Made by a program: the position numbers and the translations under genes
Shown: positions 18,691 to 21,454 of the stretch, piece by piece
How positions within the stretch are numbered: position 1 is the first letter of the stretch
Layout: each line of letters opens with the position of its first letter
Notes under the pieces: generated by a model
Seen by the model: only the letters and a program-made list of their open reading frames with translations
Databases searched by the model: none
Told to the model about the DNA's origin: nothing
DNA from: Octopus sinensis
Lineage: Eukaryota
DNA: 21,454 nucleotides
Reading direction: 5' to 3'
NCBI RefSeq assembly: GCF_006345805.1
Contig: NW_021823752.1
Span: forward strand, 1-21,454

Positions 18691-19723
18691 AACAGTAAAA
18701 ATAATTACAGACATGGACAAGAACATGAAACACCACAGAGACGACACAAGAACCACAGGACGGGACATTCGAAGCCCTCAGTCATCAGTCAAGAACCAGA
18801 TCATCTTAGCAATTTCGGCTGATTAATCTTGAGATTGCTCCGAATGGGCCCCCGCCAAGGGAAATCTAAGCCAAGCGCATTAGATCCCCTGGAAGAAAGC
18901 TTCGAATGTATACAACAGGAGGACGGAAAACGAACGAAGTACACGAACAAAAATACAGAATACGTGACACCAATAAGAATACAAAAACGTAAAAAAACAA
19001 TACGGTAAAAATAAAAAATAAACAGCAAAACAAAACCAGGACGTAGGACAAGGGTCTTTCGACAGGACGAGTTGAGTATGGGGCTGGCTTGTGAAGTTGT
19101 GCCTAATGGCCGCAGGGAGACGAACAAATACGTGTTGCTTCTGCGACGGCTGGAACGAAAAGAGCGCTCAACAGCGGCTAGCGGTCACGTGAGAACAAAA
19201 GACAGGAGAAAGGGGACAGATGAAAAGGAGAGAAAGGTGGGACAGGAGGAGAAGAAAGAGACAGATCGAGGGGGGCTGGAGGTGAGAGAGATAGAGAACA
19301 CGTAGAAGAGGGGGGGGGGGGGGAAGACGGATGGAGGAGAAGAAAAGGAAGGGAATAGGGAGGAGGAGAGAGAGAGAGAAAAGAGACAGATTAAGAGTCG
19401 TATCAATGCTAGAGAAAAAATATACTTATCGTATAAGGACAATTGTGGATACGTAGCCGCCGATTATATAGGTAAACAGTAAAAAAATAATTACAGACAT
19501 GGACAAGAACATGAAACACCACAGAGACGACACAAGAACCACAGGACGGGACATTCGAAGCCCTCAGTCATCAGTCAAGAACCAGATCATCTTAGCAATT
19601 TCGGCTGATTAATCTTGAGATTGCTCCGATATGGCCAGGCCCGCCAAGGGAAATCTAAGCCAAGCGCATTAGATCCCCTGGTGGAAAGAAAGCTTCGAAT
19701 GTATACAACAGGAGGACGGAAAA

Positions 19724-19724
<1 letters not shown>
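18687..19724. mobile_element. 1.3-mer tandem element: ~784-bp unit plus ~250-bp repeat of its end, between (TA)n arrays (Penelope-like pLTR geometry)
   Basis: 18687-18930 and 19471-19723 are direct repeats differing at only a few substitutions and small indels; no TG…CA ends, no ORF. The class is inferred. Confidence 0.65.
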
Positions 19725-19790
<66 letters not shown>

Positions 19791-19794
19791 TATA
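19725..19794. repeat. (TA)n microsatellite
   Basis: Seen directly. Confidence 0.97.
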
Positions 19795-20121
19795 CCCTTA
19801 GGTGGAGATTTATTCTGTTGATTGGAGGGATAGTTTCGTTACTCGGAGTTTTTCAACTCAATTTGTGACATATATGAAGTTTTATTGTGCCTATATTTCA
19901 TGTGGAGGACACTCGTCTGAAGTTCTTTACCTCAATTCTATTAACTAGCATTATTATCACACTGTCTTTATATACATACATAATATATGCGCGCGTGTGA
20001 ACATTATTTAAATTAAACTCCGAAATGAGATGGGGAGATAATCTCAAGTATCAAGAATTCTCCGATACTCAACAAACAACATACACACACTGACTCTCTC
20101 TCTCTCTCTCTCTCTTCTCAA

Positions 20122-20155
<34 letters not shown>

Positions 20156-20527
20156 ATGTCCAATAGCTGGGTCTGACGACTGTTAAATGACTCCGCCACT
20201 CTTGGATGTTTCTTTAACATGAAACCGTTCGGTCATATCGACTGGCTGTTACGAGACTAAATTTACAATGCTGCAAAATACCCTAATATGAGTTTGGATA
20301 TTGTATCTAAAGACGAAGATACATTTTTTCCTTCTCTGTCGCTCTCTTCTCGAAGAACATCGAAATTTCCTTTCCTCAAAGACATACGAAATTAAGAAAC
20401 TTTAAACTTTATCGATAAATACAATTTTTGATATGACGGAGACCATCAGTGGCGTACAAAAGAATAGTATAAATATTTGTGGTAGTGCCGAGATAACTCT
20501 CGTCTTCCTAGATCCTGTTTCTAAACA

Positions 20528-20578
20528 CGCGCTCACACACACACACTCACACACATAGACACCACACACACACACACA

Positions 20579-20609
<31 letters not shown>

Positions 20610-20812
20610 AATCCACGTCCATACGCACACATACCCATTTATCTATTCGGGTTTGCAGACGTGTGGCTGTATGCATGAATGTGTTTATGTAATACATATA
20701 TACACACACATACACTTATATATCTATGTATATGTCTATACATACATAAATATATGTCTGTCTGTCTGTCTCTCTGTCCCTCTCTATATCTATATATATA
20801 TATATGTGTGTG

Positions 20813-20861
<49 letters not shown>

Positions 20862-20905
20862 TGTATGTGTGTATATAATGTGAATGCACGTGTGCGTGTA
20901 TGTGT
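20528..20905. repeat. Compound (CA)n/(TA)n/(TG)n/(TGTC)n microsatellite cluster
   Basis: Seen directly; explains ORFs from 20402 to 20950. Confidence 0.9.
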
Positions 20906-21205
20906 AGGCACATATCTGGGTGTTTCATAAGTAAGGCAACGTTTAAACATGTTTTATATAAACTCTAACAGAACTGTCTCATGGGACACATTATATATAT
21001 ATGGGTATGTGTGTGTGTGTGTGTGTGTGTGTCAGACAGAAAGAGAGAGAGAGAGAGAGAGATCTAGAGTTGTGTGCGTGCTTGTGTTATCTGTCAGACT
21101 GAAGAATGTTGACCTTTGCTCAGCCTGCCGAATATATATATATATATATACATATACATGCATATATATATATACATACAACAATATATGTGTTTGTGTA
21201 TGTGT

Positions 21206-21238
<33 letters not shown>

Positions 21239-21386
21239 CCTCGACCCAGAGGCACTCACATCCTTTTTTGCAAAACATTGCTGCCAAGTTAACTTTTAGG
21301 ACTAAATATAGCATCCAGCCATCCCTGCATCTATTCATGCATCCACTCACCCATCTATCTCAACATTAATCTCAATTTTTTTCATC

Positions 21387-21391
21387 ATCCC

Positions 21392-21454
<63 letters not shown>
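21387..21454. repeat. (CT)n microsatellite running to the window edge
   Basis: Seen directly. Confidence 0.97.

Noticed and set aside
18657-19794. The 250-bp direct repeats as LTRs or a CRISPR-like array
   Set aside because: No TG…CA ends, PBS or PPT; there is no short repeat-spacer periodicity anywhere in this eukaryotic window.
576-21369. Most ORF-track entries (HT/YI/VC/MY-rich or F/L/S-rich peptides) as genes
   Set aside because: They are translations of microsatellites, CT/GA tracts or SINE/MITE sequence. Similar peptides at different loci (e.g. LKAVLQHGRSQ, FGSFRFERQFF) reflect repeat copies.

Overview
Repeat-saturated, AT-rich animal DNA with no recognisable host exon. The microsatellite load and tRNA-derived SINEs suggest a cephalopod (Octopus-like) intron or intergenic region; this is inference from sequence style, not a database match. 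Nearly all ORF-track entries are microsatellite or repeat artefacts. The only protein-like segments are C-terminal stubs of three non-LTR retrotransposons: an R4/Dong-like RLE element (9553-9672 +), a CR1-like element (11651-11863 -) and an RTE-like element with two C2H2 fingers (14662-14868 +). The rest is nested mobile elements: at least three tRNA-SINE families, two non-autonomous Helitrons plus a 5' stub, four copies of a ~400-430 bp MITE with internal CCCTAA repeats, a foldback MITE with a microsatellite core, and Penelope-like ends with minimal hammerhead ribozyme motifs. Most interesting: (i) hammerhead motifs with compensatory changes, two of them head-to-head; (ii) the MITE family, where one copy has a 51-bp flanking duplication and three copies have related sequence outside the inverted repeat; (iii) a divergent pair of tRNA-like heads forming a hairpin; (iv) a short non-autonomous RTE derivative sharing its 3' end with the zinc-finger RTE stub. 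Coordinates were read by eye and may be off by a few bases at fuzzy ends.
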